DNA from: an uncultured Acidimicrobiia bacterium
Lineage (GTDB): Bacteria > Actinomycetota > Acidimicrobiia > Spongiisociales > DATADW01
Assembly (NCBI GenBank): GCA_963826825.1
Contig: CAWGYV010000009.1
Location: 151,036-215,035 of the forward strand
DNA length: 64,000 nt
Direction of reading: 5' to 3'
Made by a program: the position numbers and the translations under genes. The notes under the pieces were generated by a model. The model searched no databases. It saw nothing but the letters and a program-made list of their open reading frames with translations, and was not told where the DNA came from. Every line of letters begins with the position of its first letter. The first letter of the stretch is position 1. Shown in pieces: positions 28,948 to 38,853 of the stretch.

Positions 28948-30546
28948 TCACATCCGGAAGACGCCGAACTCGGTGGTGCCGCGGACCGCGGCGGAGTGCG
29001 CTGCCGACAGCCCCATCCCGAGCACCGTCCGGGTGTCCCGAGGGTCGAACAAACCGTCGTCTCGCACCCGGGCGGTGGAGAAGTAGGCAAGCTCCTCGTG
29101 CTCGATCTGTCGTTCGATACCAGCACGCATCGCCGCGTCTGCCTCCTCGTCCGGCGCGCGGCCCTGCGCCTCGGCGGCCTGCCGTCCGATGATCGACATG
29201 ACACCGGCGAGCTGCTTGGGGCCCATCACCGCCACCTTGTGGGTCGGCCAGCCAAAGACGAATCGGGGGTTGTACGACTTGCCACTCATCCCGTAGTTGC
29301 CCGCCCCGTAGGAGAAACCCGCCATGAGCGCGATATGGGGGACGGTGGAGTTGGCGACGGCATTGATCATCTTGGCGCCGTCCTTGATGATCCCGCGCTG
29401 CTCGTAGTCCCGCCCCACCATGTAACCGGTGGTGTTGTGGACGAAGATGATCGGGGTGTCGTATCGGTTGCATAGTTGGATGAACTCGGTGGCCTTGTGC
29501 GCCTCCTCGGAGAAGATCACCCCTTGTTGGTTGGCCACCACCCCCACCGGGAACCCGTGGATCGATCCCCATCCGGTGACCATCGAGGTGCCGTAGAGCG
29601 CCTTGTACTCCTCGAACCGGGAGCCGTCGAGCACCCGGGCCAGCACCTCGCGCATGTCGAAGGGGACCCGGAGGTCGCGAGGGATGATGCCCAGCAGGTC
29701 CTCGGGGTCGTGGACCGGCTCGTCGCCGGGCATGGTCGGCCCAGGTCCCAGCTTGCGCCAGTTGAGGTGGACGACGATCTCACGGCCGATCCGGATGGCG
29801 TCCTGCTCGTCGAGGGCGAAGTAGTCCGAAAGACCCGAGGTGCGCGAGTGCATCTCGGCGCCCCCCAATTCCTCATCGGTGGACTCTTCGCCGGTGGCCA
29901 TCTTGACCAGCGGCGGCCCGCCGAGGAACACCTTGGCACGCTCCTTGACCATCACCGCGTAGTCGCACATCGCCGGCACATACGCTCCGCCGGCGGTGGA
30001 GTTGCCGAAGACGATGGCGATGGTGGGGATGCCCTTCTTCGACAGTTGGGTGAGGTTGCGGAACCACTTGCCGCCGGTGATGAAGACCTCGGCCTGATCG
30101 GGCAGGTCGGCGCCGCCCGATTCGACCAGGTTGACCAGGGGGAGGCGGTTCTCCATCGCTATGTCCTGGGCGCGCAGCGACTTGGCCAGCGAGTAGCGGT
30201 TCGACGACCCTGCCTGGCTGGTCGGATCGTGGGCGGAGATGACGCACTCGACGCCGGAGACGACCCCGATCCCGGTGACCACGTTGGCGCCCAGCGGCTT
30301 GTCCGAGCCCCACGCCGCCAAAGTGGACAGCTCGAGAAAGGGCGAGTCCCTATCGAGCAGGAGTTCGATCCGCTCCCGAGCCAGCAGCTTGCCGCGGGAA
30401 CGGTGACGGGCCACGTACTTCTCGCCGCCGCCGGCGCGCGCCTGCGCCAGCAGTTGCTCGAACTCCTCGAGGCGCTCCATCATCCAGTCCCGGTTGGCGA
30501 CGAACTCGTGGTCGCTCCGGTCGACCCGGGTGGGCAGCAGCCGCAT
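28948..30546 (-). CDS. acyl-CoA carboxylase carboxyltransferase (beta) subunit
   Basis: The ATG at 30546 (MRLLPTRVDRSDHEF) begins an intact 532-aa protein with GKLLARERIELLLD, VVANQQGVIFSEEAHKATEFIQLC and PIIFVHNTTGYMVG. The upstream 283 aa of the track ORF are artefactual. Confidence 0.9.
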   Translation of the reverse strand: MRLLPTRVDRSDHEFVANRDWMMERLEEFEQLLAQARAGGGEKYVARHRSRGKLLARERIELLLDRDSPFLELSTLAAWGSDKPLGANVVTGIGVVSGVECVISAHDPTSQAGSSNRYSLAKSLRAQDIAMENRLPLVNLVESGGADLPDQAEVFITGGKWFRNLTQLSKKGIPTIAIVFGNSTAGGAYVPAMCDYAVMVKERAKVFLGGPPLVKMATGEESTDEELGGAEMHSRTSGLSDYFALDEQDAIRIGREIVVHLNWRKLGPGPTMPGDEPVHDPEDLLGIIPRDLRVPFDMREVLARVLDGSRFEEYKALYGTSMVTGWGSIHGFPVGVVANQQGVIFSEEAHKATEFIQLCNRYDTPIIFVHNTTGYMVGRDYEQRGIIKDGAKMINAVANSTVPHIALMAGFSYGAGNYGMSGKSYNPRFVFGWPTHKVAVMGPKQLAGVMSIIGRQAAEAQGRAPDEEADAAMRAGIERQIEHEELAYFSTARVRDDGLFDPRDTRTVLGMGLSAAHSAAVRGTTEFGVFRM

Positions 30547-30577
30547 CCAAACGAGCCTATCGCCTGATGTGTTGCCG

Positions 30578-30627
30578 CCAACCCGGGTTGGGAAGTACCT
30601 CTTGGGTAGCTGCCAACCCTGGGTTGG
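30578..30627. promoter_or_regulatory. two copies of the CCAACCC(T)GGGTTGG palindrome in a divergent intergenic region
   Basis: CCAACCCGGGTTGG lies at 30578-30591 and CCAACCCTGGGTTGG at 30613-30627. A third, identical copy lies at 54758-54772. Confidence 0.5.
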
Positions 30628-30708
30628 AGTGGTTGCAGGGGCGCGGTTCGAGCCCACGGTTCGTGTGTCGAGGGCTCCGCACCAACGGAGCGGGCTAGGG
30701 TCGCCGCC

Positions 30709-31263
30709 GTGGCGACGCCTGAAAGCCTGCCGTGGACCGGCAACGCCGACGCCGACCGGTTTCTCGCCGAGAGCGGGCTTGCGCTCCTCATCGGGATGCT
30801 GCTCGACCAGCAATTCCCGATGGAACGTGCTTTCTACGGTCCCTATCTCCTCCAGGAGAGGCTCGGCGAACCCCTCGATTGCACGCTGATCGTCGAGACC
30901 GATCCCGAACAGCTCGCCGTCATCTTCCGAGGGCCCCCGGCGATCCATCGCTATCCCGGTTCGATGGCCAAGCGGACCCAGGAGGTGTGCGGCGTCCTTT
31001 TGGAGAAGTACGACGGCGTCGCCGAGCGGCTCTGGGAGACAGCCGAGACCGGGGACGAGCTCTTCCGGAGGCTGCGCGAGCTGCCCGGGTTCGGCGTGCA
31101 GAAGGCGCGCATCTTCGTCGGCATCGTGGGAAAGCGACTTGGCGCCGGACCACCCGGTTGGGAGGAGAGTGCCGCCGACTGGCCGTCGATCGCCGACGTG
31201 GCGAAATGGGAGGATGTCGCCGATCTCAGGGCGCGCAAGAAGGAGATGAAGAGCGCTCGATGA
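30709..31263 (+). CDS. HhH-GPD-type base-excision DNA repair protein
   Basis: Intact 184-aa ORF with LLIGMLLDQQFPMERAF and LRELPGFGVQKARIFVGIVGKRLG. Confidence 0.7.
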   Translation: MATPESLPWTGNADADRFLAESGLALLIGMLLDQQFPMERAFYGPYLLQERLGEPLDCTLIVETDPEQLAVIFRGPPAIHRYPGSMAKRTQEVCGVLLEKYDGVAERLWETAETGDELFRRLRELPGFGVQKARIFVGIVGKRLGAGPPGWEESAADWPSIADVAKWEDVADLRARKKEMKSAR

Positions 31264-31285
31264 GACTGATCTGACCGTCACAATC

Positions 31286-31972
31286 GTGTCCGGCTCGTCG
31301 CCCCAACTCGCCCCCGATCTCCTCGCCTCTTGGCCCCTTGGCAAGTCGCTGGTGGTGGGGATCGCCGGAGGCTCGGCATCTGGCAAGTCCCTCATCGCCC
31401 ATGAGTTGGTGTCGCAGGTGGGAGCCGACTCGGTGGCGGTACTCGAGCACGACGGCTACTACCACCACCGCCCCGATCTGCCCTTTGAGGATCGGGCGGC
31501 GATCAACTACGACCACCCCGACTCCTTCGAGACCGATCTGATGCTGGGCCACCTCGAGGACCTGCTCGCCGGGCGGCGGGTGCTCAAGCCCCGATACGAT
31601 TTCGCCGCCCATCTGAGGATGGACGAGACCGTGGTCGTCGAGCCGCAGCCAGTGGTCCTGATCGAAGGGCTCATGATCCTCGCCGAGCCCGAGCTGCGCA
31701 GGCGGTGCGACCTCAAGATCTACGTCGATGCGGACGCCGACCTCCGGTTGCTCCGCAGACTGCGGCGCGATACCCGCGATCGGGGACGCACCTTCGCATC
31801 GGTCATCGACCAGTACGAGGCGACGGTCCGGCCGATGCACCTCCAGTTCGTCGAACCGTCGAAGCGTTACGCCGACATGATCATCCCAGAGGGCTTCAAA
31901 CCGAGCGCGGTGCGCACGGTCGGAGGGATGCTCCGGGATCACGTTCGGCAGTCGCCGTTGTCTACTGTCTGA
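31286..31972 (+). CDS. udk: uridine kinase
   Basis: Intact ORF with the P-loop GIAGGSASGKS, plus INYDHPDSFE, KPRYDF and RRLRRDTRDRGR. Confidence 0.9.
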   Translation: MSGSSPQLAPDLLASWPLGKSLVVGIAGGSASGKSLIAHELVSQVGADSVAVLEHDGYYHHRPDLPFEDRAAINYDHPDSFETDLMLGHLEDLLAGRRVLKPRYDFAAHLRMDETVVVEPQPVVLIEGLMILAEPELRRRCDLKIYVDADADLRLLRRLRRDTRDRGRTFASVIDQYEATVRPMHLQFVEPSKRYADMIIPEGFKPSAVRTVGGMLRDHVRQSPLSTV

Positions 31973-31977
31973 CCGCC

Positions 31978-32802
31978 ATGAGCGCCCGCCCGACCGTCGC
32001 CATCCTCGGCGCCGGTGCCATGGGTCAGGCACTGGCGCTCGGTTTGCTCCGGGCCGGCTGGGAGCCCGATGAGATCACGCTGGCAGCACGCCGCCCTGAA
32101 AGAGCCACCGATGTGGAAACGAGGGTGGGGGCACGATGTCTCCTCGACCCGGCCAAGGCGCTCGAAGGCGTAGATGTGGTGGTTGTGGCTGTGAAGCCGG
32201 TAGACGTCCCTGCCCTTCTGGGACAGATCAATGGCGCCGTCACCGAGCAACAGGTCGTTCTGACACTGGCCGCCGGGGTCCGATCTTCACGTCTCGAGGA
32301 GATCCTGGGCACGGTCGGGGTGGTCAGGGCGATGCCCAATACCCCGGCATTGGTGGGCGAGGGGATCACCGGGATCGCGCCAGGTCGTCATGCCGACCAG
32401 AACGCGGTCGACCTCGCCGCTTCGGTTCTCCGAGCGGTTGGTGAGGTGACCGTGATGGACGAGGCGCTCTTGGATGCGGTGACTGCGGTCTCCGGGACAG
32501 GCCCCGCCTACGCATTTCTCCTCGCCGAGGCGCTCACCGAGGCAGCGGTCCGTGAGGGTCTCCCCCGCGATCTCGCCGAGCGTCTGGTCAACCAGACGAT
32601 CAAGGGGGCAGGGGCACTGCTCGTCGAGACCGACCTCGGTCCATTCGAGTTGAGGTCCCAGGTCACCTCGCCTGGTGGGACCACGGCGGCTGCGGTCCAT
32701 ATTCTCGAAGAGCGCGGCTTTCGGGCGATCGTGGAAGATGCGGTCCGCGCTGCTGCCGAACGGGCCCGCCAGCTTGGCTCGGCCGCAGAAGCAGAGGACT
32801 GA
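31978..32802 (+). CDS. proC: pyrroline-5-carboxylate reductase
   Basis: The ATG at 31978 gives MSARPTVAILGAGAMGQALALGLL...RAMPNTPALVGEGITG...VSGTGPAYAFLLAEAL...VTSPGGTTAAAV. Confidence 0.9.
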   Translation: MSARPTVAILGAGAMGQALALGLLRAGWEPDEITLAARRPERATDVETRVGARCLLDPAKALEGVDVVVVAVKPVDVPALLGQINGAVTEQQVVLTLAAGVRSSRLEEILGTVGVVRAMPNTPALVGEGITGIAPGRHADQNAVDLAASVLRAVGEVTVMDEALLDAVTAVSGTGPAYAFLLAEALTEAAVREGLPRDLAERLVNQTIKGAGALLVETDLGPFELRSQVTSPGGTTAAAVHILEERGFRAIVEDAVRAAAERARQLGSAAEAED

Positions 32803-32803
32803 G

Positions 32804-33718
32804 GTGCCCGGCCTGTTCACAGGGGCGGTGATGGCGGCAACGCGCTTCCCGCCGGTGCGCGCCGCATTCACCGGCACCTCAGCCGGGCTGGCGCTTGCGC
32901 ATCGCTTTGTAGCCGGGGACACGCTGGCACAAGGGCTGCGGGCTGCCCGTGAGCTCAACGAGATGGGGATGCAGGCATCGCTGGATCACCTCGGTGAAGG
33001 GGTCGGCGACCCTGCGGCGTGCAGGAGCGCGCAGCGGATCTACCTCGATTGCATCGAGCAGATAGCCCAACAGAAGATCGACGCCAACATCTCGGTCAAG
33101 CTCACCCAATTGGGGATGGGGGTGGACGACGACCTCGCCCGGACGCAGCTCAAGGAACTTGCTACTGCTGCGGCCGACGCCGGGATGACGGTGACGGTGG
33201 ACATGGAGGACAGCCGTTGGACCGAGAAAACCGTTCGCCTCTACGCCGATGCGCAACAGGAGTCGGGAAACCTAGGGATCGCCCTTCAGTCATGCCTCCA
33301 TCGAAGTGTGGACGATCTGGCGGCCGTGGCGCCTCTCGGCGGGCACATCCGACTCTGCAAGGGCGCATACGCCGAGCCGCCAGAAGCGGCCATGCAGATG
33401 AAGGAGGCCGTGGATGGCAATTTCGCCCTTCTCATGGCGCGCCTCATGCCAGAGGAGGGCTGCATCCCGGCTATTGCAACCCACGATGAGCGTCTCGTCG
33501 AGATCGCACTGATCCTCGCCCAGGGCAGGAACAACCCATTCGAGTTCCAGATGCTCTACGGGGTCCGCAAGCCATTGCAGCGACGGCTGGTGGAGGCGGG
33601 CCAGAGACTCCGCGTGTATGTCCCCTACGGTTCGCAGTGGTACCCCTACCTCACCCGCAGGCTGGCGGAACGTCCCGCCAATGTTTGGTTCTTTCTGCGG
33701 GCCCTGTTCGGCGGCTGA
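32804..33718 (+). CDS. proline dehydrogenase (monofunctional PRODH)
   Basis: It contains FVAGDTLAQGLRAARELNEMGMQASLDHLGE, VDMEDS, IRLCKGAY and QMLYGV...YVPYG..WYPYLTRRLAERPAN. The start is the GTG at 32804 or the ATG at 32831. Confidence 0.85.
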   Translation: MPGLFTGAVMAATRFPPVRAAFTGTSAGLALAHRFVAGDTLAQGLRAARELNEMGMQASLDHLGEGVGDPAACRSAQRIYLDCIEQIAQQKIDANISVKLTQLGMGVDDDLARTQLKELATAAADAGMTVTVDMEDSRWTEKTVRLYADAQQESGNLGIALQSCLHRSVDDLAAVAPLGGHIRLCKGAYAEPPEAAMQMKEAVDGNFALLMARLMPEEGCIPAIATHDERLVEIALILAQGRNNPFEFQMLYGVRKPLQRRLVEAGQRLRVYVPYGSQWYPYLTRRLAERPANVWFFLRALFGG

Positions 33719-33762
33719 GCCCGCCCCGGCATATATGGCCATGCGACCAAGAGGAGTGAGAC

Positions 33763-34236
33763 ATGCAAACCGGTGATACGGCGCCCGCTTTCACACTCGC
33801 CGACGACACCGGCGCCGAGATGTCGTCAGCTGAGTTGTTTCGGAAGCCCACGGTCATCTTCTTCTACCCGGCGGCGATGACGCCGGGATGCACCGCCGAG
33901 GCATGCGACTTCAGGGACCGATACGAAGTGCTGCAGGATGCCGGGTACCAGGTGGTGGGGATCAGCCCGGACGCGCCGGAGCGGAATGCCAAGTTCAAGG
34001 CGAAGGAAGGACTCCCCTTCCCATTGCTCTCCGATGAGGACCACGCGGTAGCCGAGGCGTTCGGAGCGTGGGGGACCAAGACCCTTTACGGCAAGAAGTT
34101 CGACGGGCTCATCCGCTCCACCTTCGTCGTGGGCGACGATGGGAAGGTCGATCGGGCATGGCGCAACATCAAGGCTAAGGGACACGTCGCCAGGGTGGCC
34201 GAGGACCTACTCGGCGGTGGCCCGGAGACTGAGTGA
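33763..34236 (+). CDS. bcp: thioredoxin-dependent peroxiredoxin (Bcp type)
   Basis: Intact 157-aa ORF with FFYPAAMTPGCTAEACDFRD and GISPD. Confidence 0.9.
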   Translation: MQTGDTAPAFTLADDTGAEMSSAELFRKPTVIFFYPAAMTPGCTAEACDFRDRYEVLQDAGYQVVGISPDAPERNAKFKAKEGLPFPLLSDEDHAVAEAFGAWGTKTLYGKKFDGLIRSTFVVGDDGKVDRAWRNIKAKGHVARVAEDLLGGGPETE

Positions 34237-34284
34237 CTGGGCGGGTTTAGGATCGCTCCCTAACTCCCAGGAGGCGAGGCACCG

Positions 34285-35067
34285 ATGTTCAGGCGCATCT
34301 GGAGCTACATCAAGCAATGGTTTCGCGGCACGGCCGAGCGGGTCATGGACCCCGAGGTCGAGATCGAGATGGCCATCACCGAAGCCCGCAAGCGCGACCA
34401 GGAGCTCCGCAACCAGGCGGCCAAGGTGATAGCCCACCGGACCCAACTGGAGCAGAAGCTCGAGCAGTCGGCCGACTCGGTGGGCGAGACGCGGGAGATG
34501 GCAAAGCAGGCGCTGCTCAGAGGGGAATCTGGACGGACCGCAGGAGATGCTTCGGCGGAGAGCAAATGGAACCAGGCGGCGCAGAGCCTGGCGCTAAAGC
34601 TCCAAGCGGCCGAAAACAACCTCGAATCGCTCAAGGATCAGTACGAGATCGCCGTCGGTCAGGCCGACGCGGCCAAGGGCGCCGTCCAGCAGAACGCCAT
34701 GCGACTCCAAGAGCTCGCGGCGAAGCGGATGCAGCTCCTCGGGTCGCTGCAGCAGGCGCGCATGCAGGAAGCGGTCAACTCGGCGGTCGAGTCGATCTCG
34801 GCCAACATGGAGTCAGAGGCACCCTCGCTCGAGAAGGTCGAGGACAAGATCAATCAGCGGCTGGCATCTGCCAAGGCGCGCACCGAGTTGCGCGAAGCGA
34901 CGCCAGCAGGCGCCGAGGCCGAGTTGCGCGAGGCGATCTCGGTGGCTGGGGCCGACGCCAAACTCGAAGAGCTACGGCGCGAGCTGGGTCTCGAGACCCA
35001 AACCCCCGAAGCAGCCCCGGTCGAAGCGATGCCCGCCTCAGGCGACGGGGAGCAAACTCCCGAGTAG
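34285..35067 (+). CDS. pspA: PspA/IM30-family protein
   Basis: Intact 260-aa coiled-coil ORF beginning MFRRIWSYIKQWFRGTAERVMDPEVEIEMAITEARKRDQEL. Confidence 0.85.
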   Translation: MFRRIWSYIKQWFRGTAERVMDPEVEIEMAITEARKRDQELRNQAAKVIAHRTQLEQKLEQSADSVGETREMAKQALLRGESGRTAGDASAESKWNQAAQSLALKLQAAENNLESLKDQYEIAVGQADAAKGAVQQNAMRLQELAAKRMQLLGSLQQARMQEAVNSAVESISANMESEAPSLEKVEDKINQRLASAKARTELREATPAGAEAELREAISVAGADAKLEELRRELGLETQTPEAAPVEAMPASGDGEQTPE

Positions 35068-35091
35068 TACTCAGTACTCAGTACTCAGTAC
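35063..35091. repeat. heptanucleotide tandem repeat, (GTACTCA) about 4 units, overlapping the pspA stop codon
   Basis: gAGTA GTACTCA GTACTCA GTACTCA GTAC, read directly from the sequence. Confidence 0.85.
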
Positions 35092-35124
35092 CACCTGCCG
35101 CTCACCACCTATTCTCGGCGCCTC

Positions 35125-37314
35125 ATGACCGAGCCGGCGGGGACCGAGGAGCGCAAGCGGAGATTCACCGCCGCCGGGTTCCTTCTCGGTCTGGCGTTCG
35201 TGCTGGCGGGTGGGACGCTCTGGCTTTGGTGGCTGGGAGAGCTGTTCGAGGACACACGACCCGAGGTCGGACGCGAGGTTTTCGGCAACATCCCGGGTGC
35301 GGTGATAGTCCTCTTCTATGTCACTGTGACCGCCGCCGTGTTCATCGCGGCGTACCTGTTCTCCCTCAGAGCACGCAACTTGGGGAGGGGCGGCACCGAG
35401 CCCCGGATGGGTCAGTGGAAAGAGCGGGCCGTCCAGTTGGTACGCGGCCTTTCCATGCGGACGCTGATGCGCGACCCGGCTGCCGGGTTGATGCACTCGA
35501 TGATCTACTGGGGCTTCGTCGTTCTCTTCCTGGGGACGGTGACGCTCGAGATCGACCACATCCTCCCGGATCAGTTCAAGTTCCTCGAGGGGTCGGTCTA
35601 CCAGGGATACTCGGCGATCCTCGACCTGGCTTCGCTGATTTTCATCGGCGGTCTGGCGCTCGGAGCGCTCCGTCGCTACGGACAGCGGCCCTGGCGGATC
35701 CGCTCCAAGACGAGACCCGAAGACGGATGGATCCTGGCGATCCTCGCCGTCATCGGGCTGAGCGGGATCGCCACCGAGGCGGCTCGCATCGCTGTGGACG
35801 GCCGGCCCGCGTTCGAGGTTTGGTCCTTCGTCGGCTACCCGCTCAGCTTCCTCGTCCCCGAGACGGCGGCAGTTGCGCTCCACCGCACCCTGTGGGTGGC
35901 GCACGTTGTGGCTTTCGCCGGGTTCCTGGTGATCATCCCCACAACCAAGCTGCGCCACATGTTCACCTCGCCGGTGAATATGTTCCTCTCGCCCCACCAG
36001 CGCCCCAAGGGTGCAATGCGTCCTATCCCCAACCTCATGGAGACCGACGACATCGAATCGATCGGGGCGGCCGACGTCACCGAGTTCACCTGGAAGCAGT
36101 TGCTCGACACCGATGCCTGCACCATCTGCGGGCGGTGCACCTCGGTCTGCCCGGCGCAGCTCACCGGCAAGCCGCTCGACCCGCGCGAGATCGTCCTCAA
36201 GCTGGGTGAGGTCGCCGCTCTCACCGGCGACCCGGCGGTGTCGCCCCCGGTGGGCACGGTGGATGGCATCACGGTCAGCTCAGCGAGCGTCTTCGAGCGG
36301 ATTCAGCCCGAAGAGGTTTGGTCCTGCACTAGTTGCAAGGCGTGCGACGAGATCTGCCCGGTCAACATCGAGATCCTCGACAAGATCCTCGACATGCGGC
36401 GCCATCTCGCGCTGATGGCATCGGATTTCCCACCCGAACTAGGCAAGGCATACCTTGCCATGGAGAACCAGTCGAATCCGTGGGCGATGAGCCAGCAAAG
36501 CCGGGCCGACTGGACGGCCTCGCTCGACTTCGAGGTGCCGGTGCTCGGTCGCGACGGCGTCGACTCCGCCGACTATCTGTATTGGGTGGGGTGCGCCGGC
36601 TCCTTCGACGATCGCAATCGGCCGGTCACGCTCTCGATGGCGCGCCTGATGCACCACGCCGGACTCGACTTCGCCATCCTCGGGCCCCGGGAGCTGTGCA
36701 CCGGCGATCCGGCACGCCGATCCGGCAACGAGTACGTCTTCCAACAGCTGGCGCTACAGAACATCGCCACCCTCGACGAGTTCGGGGTACGCACCGTGGT
36801 GACTCAGTGTCCCCACTGTTTCAACACGCTGGCCAACGAGTATCCGCAGCTCGGCGGTTCATACGAGGTGATCCACCACAGCCAGCTCTTGTCAGAGTTG
36901 ATGCGGCGCGGTCTGGTCCCGTCCCCCGAGGATGACGCCGGTGCGATCACCTATCACGATCCCTGCTATCTGGGAAGGCACAACGACATCTACCTGCCAC
37001 CGCGTGAGGTAGCCGCATCGGGCGCCGCTGGGAGCCTCGTGGAGATGCCACGTAGCGGCAATAGGGCCATGTGTTGCGGGGCCGGCGGCGCCCGGTTCTG
37101 GATGGAGGAGCACACCGGGAAGAAGGTCAATGTCGAGCGGGCGGAGGAGGCGGTCGCCACCGGCGCATCGACCGTCGCCGTCGCCTGCCCGTACTGCCTG
37201 GTGATGATCGACGACGGGGTCAAGGAGATCGGACGTGGCGACGACGTCCGGGTCCAGGACATCGCCATGATCCTCGCCTCCGCCCTCAACCGCCTCCCAG
37301 AACCGGCCGACTGA
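35125..37314 (+). CDS. membrane-anchored Fe-S oxidoreductase (NarI-like TM domain fused to HdrD/GlpC-like 4Fe-4S and CCG domains)
   Basis: Intact 729-aa ORF. It has an N-terminal multi-TM region, two ferredoxin motifs (CTICGRCTSVCP, CTSCKACDEICP) and two Cys-rich CCG-type domains (WVGCAGSFD...CPHCFNTL; DPCYLGRHN...CCGAGG). Confidence 0.8.
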   Translation: MTEPAGTEERKRRFTAAGFLLGLAFVLAGGTLWLWWLGELFEDTRPEVGREVFGNIPGAVIVLFYVTVTAAVFIAAYLFSLRARNLGRGGTEPRMGQWKERAVQLVRGLSMRTLMRDPAAGLMHSMIYWGFVVLFLGTVTLEIDHILPDQFKFLEGSVYQGYSAILDLASLIFIGGLALGALRRYGQRPWRIRSKTRPEDGWILAILAVIGLSGIATEAARIAVDGRPAFEVWSFVGYPLSFLVPETAAVALHRTLWVAHVVAFAGFLVIIPTTKLRHMFTSPVNMFLSPHQRPKGAMRPIPNLMETDDIESIGAADVTEFTWKQLLDTDACTICGRCTSVCPAQLTGKPLDPREIVLKLGEVAALTGDPAVSPPVGTVDGITVSSASVFERIQPEEVWSCTSCKACDEICPVNIEILDKILDMRRHLALMASDFPPELGKAYLAMENQSNPWAMSQQSRADWTASLDFEVPVLGRDGVDSADYLYWVGCAGSFDDRNRPVTLSMARLMHHAGLDFAILGPRELCTGDPARRSGNEYVFQQLALQNIATLDEFGVRTVVTQCPHCFNTLANEYPQLGGSYEVIHHSQLLSELMRRGLVPSPEDDAGAITYHDPCYLGRHNDIYLPPREVAASGAAGSLVEMPRSGNRAMCCGAGGARFWMEEHTGKKVNVERAEEAVATGASTVAVACPYCLVMIDDGVKEIGRGDDVRVQDIAMILASALNRLPEPAD

Positions 37315-37316
37315 AC

Positions 37317-38775
37317 TCAGGGCCCCGCTCGCCATATAGCGGCGGAGCGGGGTCCAAGAGCGGCACGAGTGGTCCCGTCTTCGGTGGCGATGCCGCCGAA
37401 ACCCCAGAGCGTCTCGAACCGGTCGCCGATCGACGGGGTGCTCACCGATGCCGCGTCTTGCCCGGCGTTGACCGCAACCACCAGGCGTTCCTCTGGATGG
37501 TCGAGTAGGAACCAGTGGAGCCCGGCACCGATCCCGGTTGGAAGCCGCACATATTCGCCGTGACGGGACGCCGTGTGCGCGGCTGCGGAGTGCCACCAAT
37601 GAGCGGACCGAGGAGAGGATTTCCGAGTGCCAACTGTCGTGGTGGTCCCACGGGAACGCAGCGCGCGATGCCGGTTCCCGGCCTCCCTCCATCCCTATCT
37701 CGTCGCCGTAGTAGATACAGGGTGCCCCGGGGAAGGTGAGCAGCAGGACCATCGACAGCACCACCGCGGTGACATCGCCCCGCGCCAGGCTGAGGATCCG
37801 CGGGGTGTCGTGCGAGCCGAGCAGGTTGAGGTTCGCCCTGTTGGCGTGGTCCGGGTAGATGTCGAGCAGTCGCTCGACGGCAGAGCCGTAGGCCTCGGCG
37901 TCGAGTTGCGGGGTGATGGGGTAGTGGAGTCCCCGGGCAAGATCGGCATCGATTGCGTCGCCGATGGAGAAGGCGAGCGTCCACCCACCGAACAGGTAGT
38001 TCATGGTTGCGTCGAAGCGATCCCCATGTGCGATCCATTCGGTGGCGTGCTCCCAGATCTCGCCGACGATGTACAGGTCGGGGTTCACCGCTCGCACTCT
38101 TTGTCGAAACCCCTCCCAAAAGCCCGGCGTAGCTATCTCGGTGGGCACATCGAGCCGCCATCCGTCGATGCCCCGCGCCGCCCAGTACTCGCCCACCGTG
38201 TAGAGGTAGTCGACCACCTGGGGATTTGCCGTGTTGAACTTGGGGAGAGCGTGGAGCCCCCACCACGCCGCATAGTTGGGCGGCAGGTCCTCCTGGTAGG
38301 CCCTCATGGGAAAGCCATCGACGTGGAACCAGTCAATCCAAGGTGACCCGGCGCCGTTCTCCATGATGTCGTGGAAGGGGAAGAAGCCTCGCGAGGCGTG
38401 GTTGAAGACGCCGTCGAGCACCACCCTGATCCCCCGGGCGTGGCACGCCTCCATGAGCCGCTCGAACCCGTGATCCCCGCCAAGCAGCGGGTCGACCACG
38501 AAGTAGTCATGGGTGTGGTACCTGTGGTTGGACGCCGACCGGAAGATGGGGTTGAGGTAGATGGCGTTGGCGCCGAGCTCCTCGATCCAATCGAGCTTGT
38601 CGGCGATTCCGATGAGGTCGCCACCCTTGTAGCCGTGGTGGGTGGGCAACCCATCCCACGGCTCCAGGTTCCCCGGTTGCGGCACCAAACCGGAACGGGC
38701 GAACCGGTCGGGAAAGATCTGATAGAAGATGGCATCGGCCACCCATTCGGGCGGCCGGTCGGGGAGAGTCGGCAT
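37317..38775 (-). CDS. GH13 alpha-amylase-family glycoside hydrolase; +1 frameshift near 37560
   Basis: The ATG at 38775 gives MPTLPDRPPEWVADAIFYQIFPDRF...GGDLIGIADKLDWIEELGANAIYLNPIF...GWRLDV...GEIW...GSHDTPR. The C-terminal beta domain is in ORF 37317..37550. Confidence 0.85.
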
Positions 38776-38853
38776 CGGCGGGCAAGGGTAGAGGTGCCGC
38801 CAAGGCGAGCCATACGGCGGGTGAGTGCGGCCGAGATCTACTGTCCACCCGGG

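Noticed and set aside
30640-30700. A tRNA-like fragment: GGTTCGAGCCC resembles a T-loop, and CTCCGCACCA further on resembles a 3' acceptor end with CCA.
   Set aside because: The candidate T-stem pairs at only 4 of 5 positions. The CCA lies about 25 nt too far downstream. No acceptor, D or anticodon stems can be drawn.
34317-36209. A 630-aa ORF on the plus strand overlapping pspA and the Fe-S protein gene.
   Set aside because: Its Arg/Gly/Pro-rich composition is typical of an off-frame reading of GC-rich coding DNA. Two well-supported genes occupy the same strand in other frames. The same applies to ORFs 12194..12907, 13339..14382, 55095..56321, 25206..26003 and many others.
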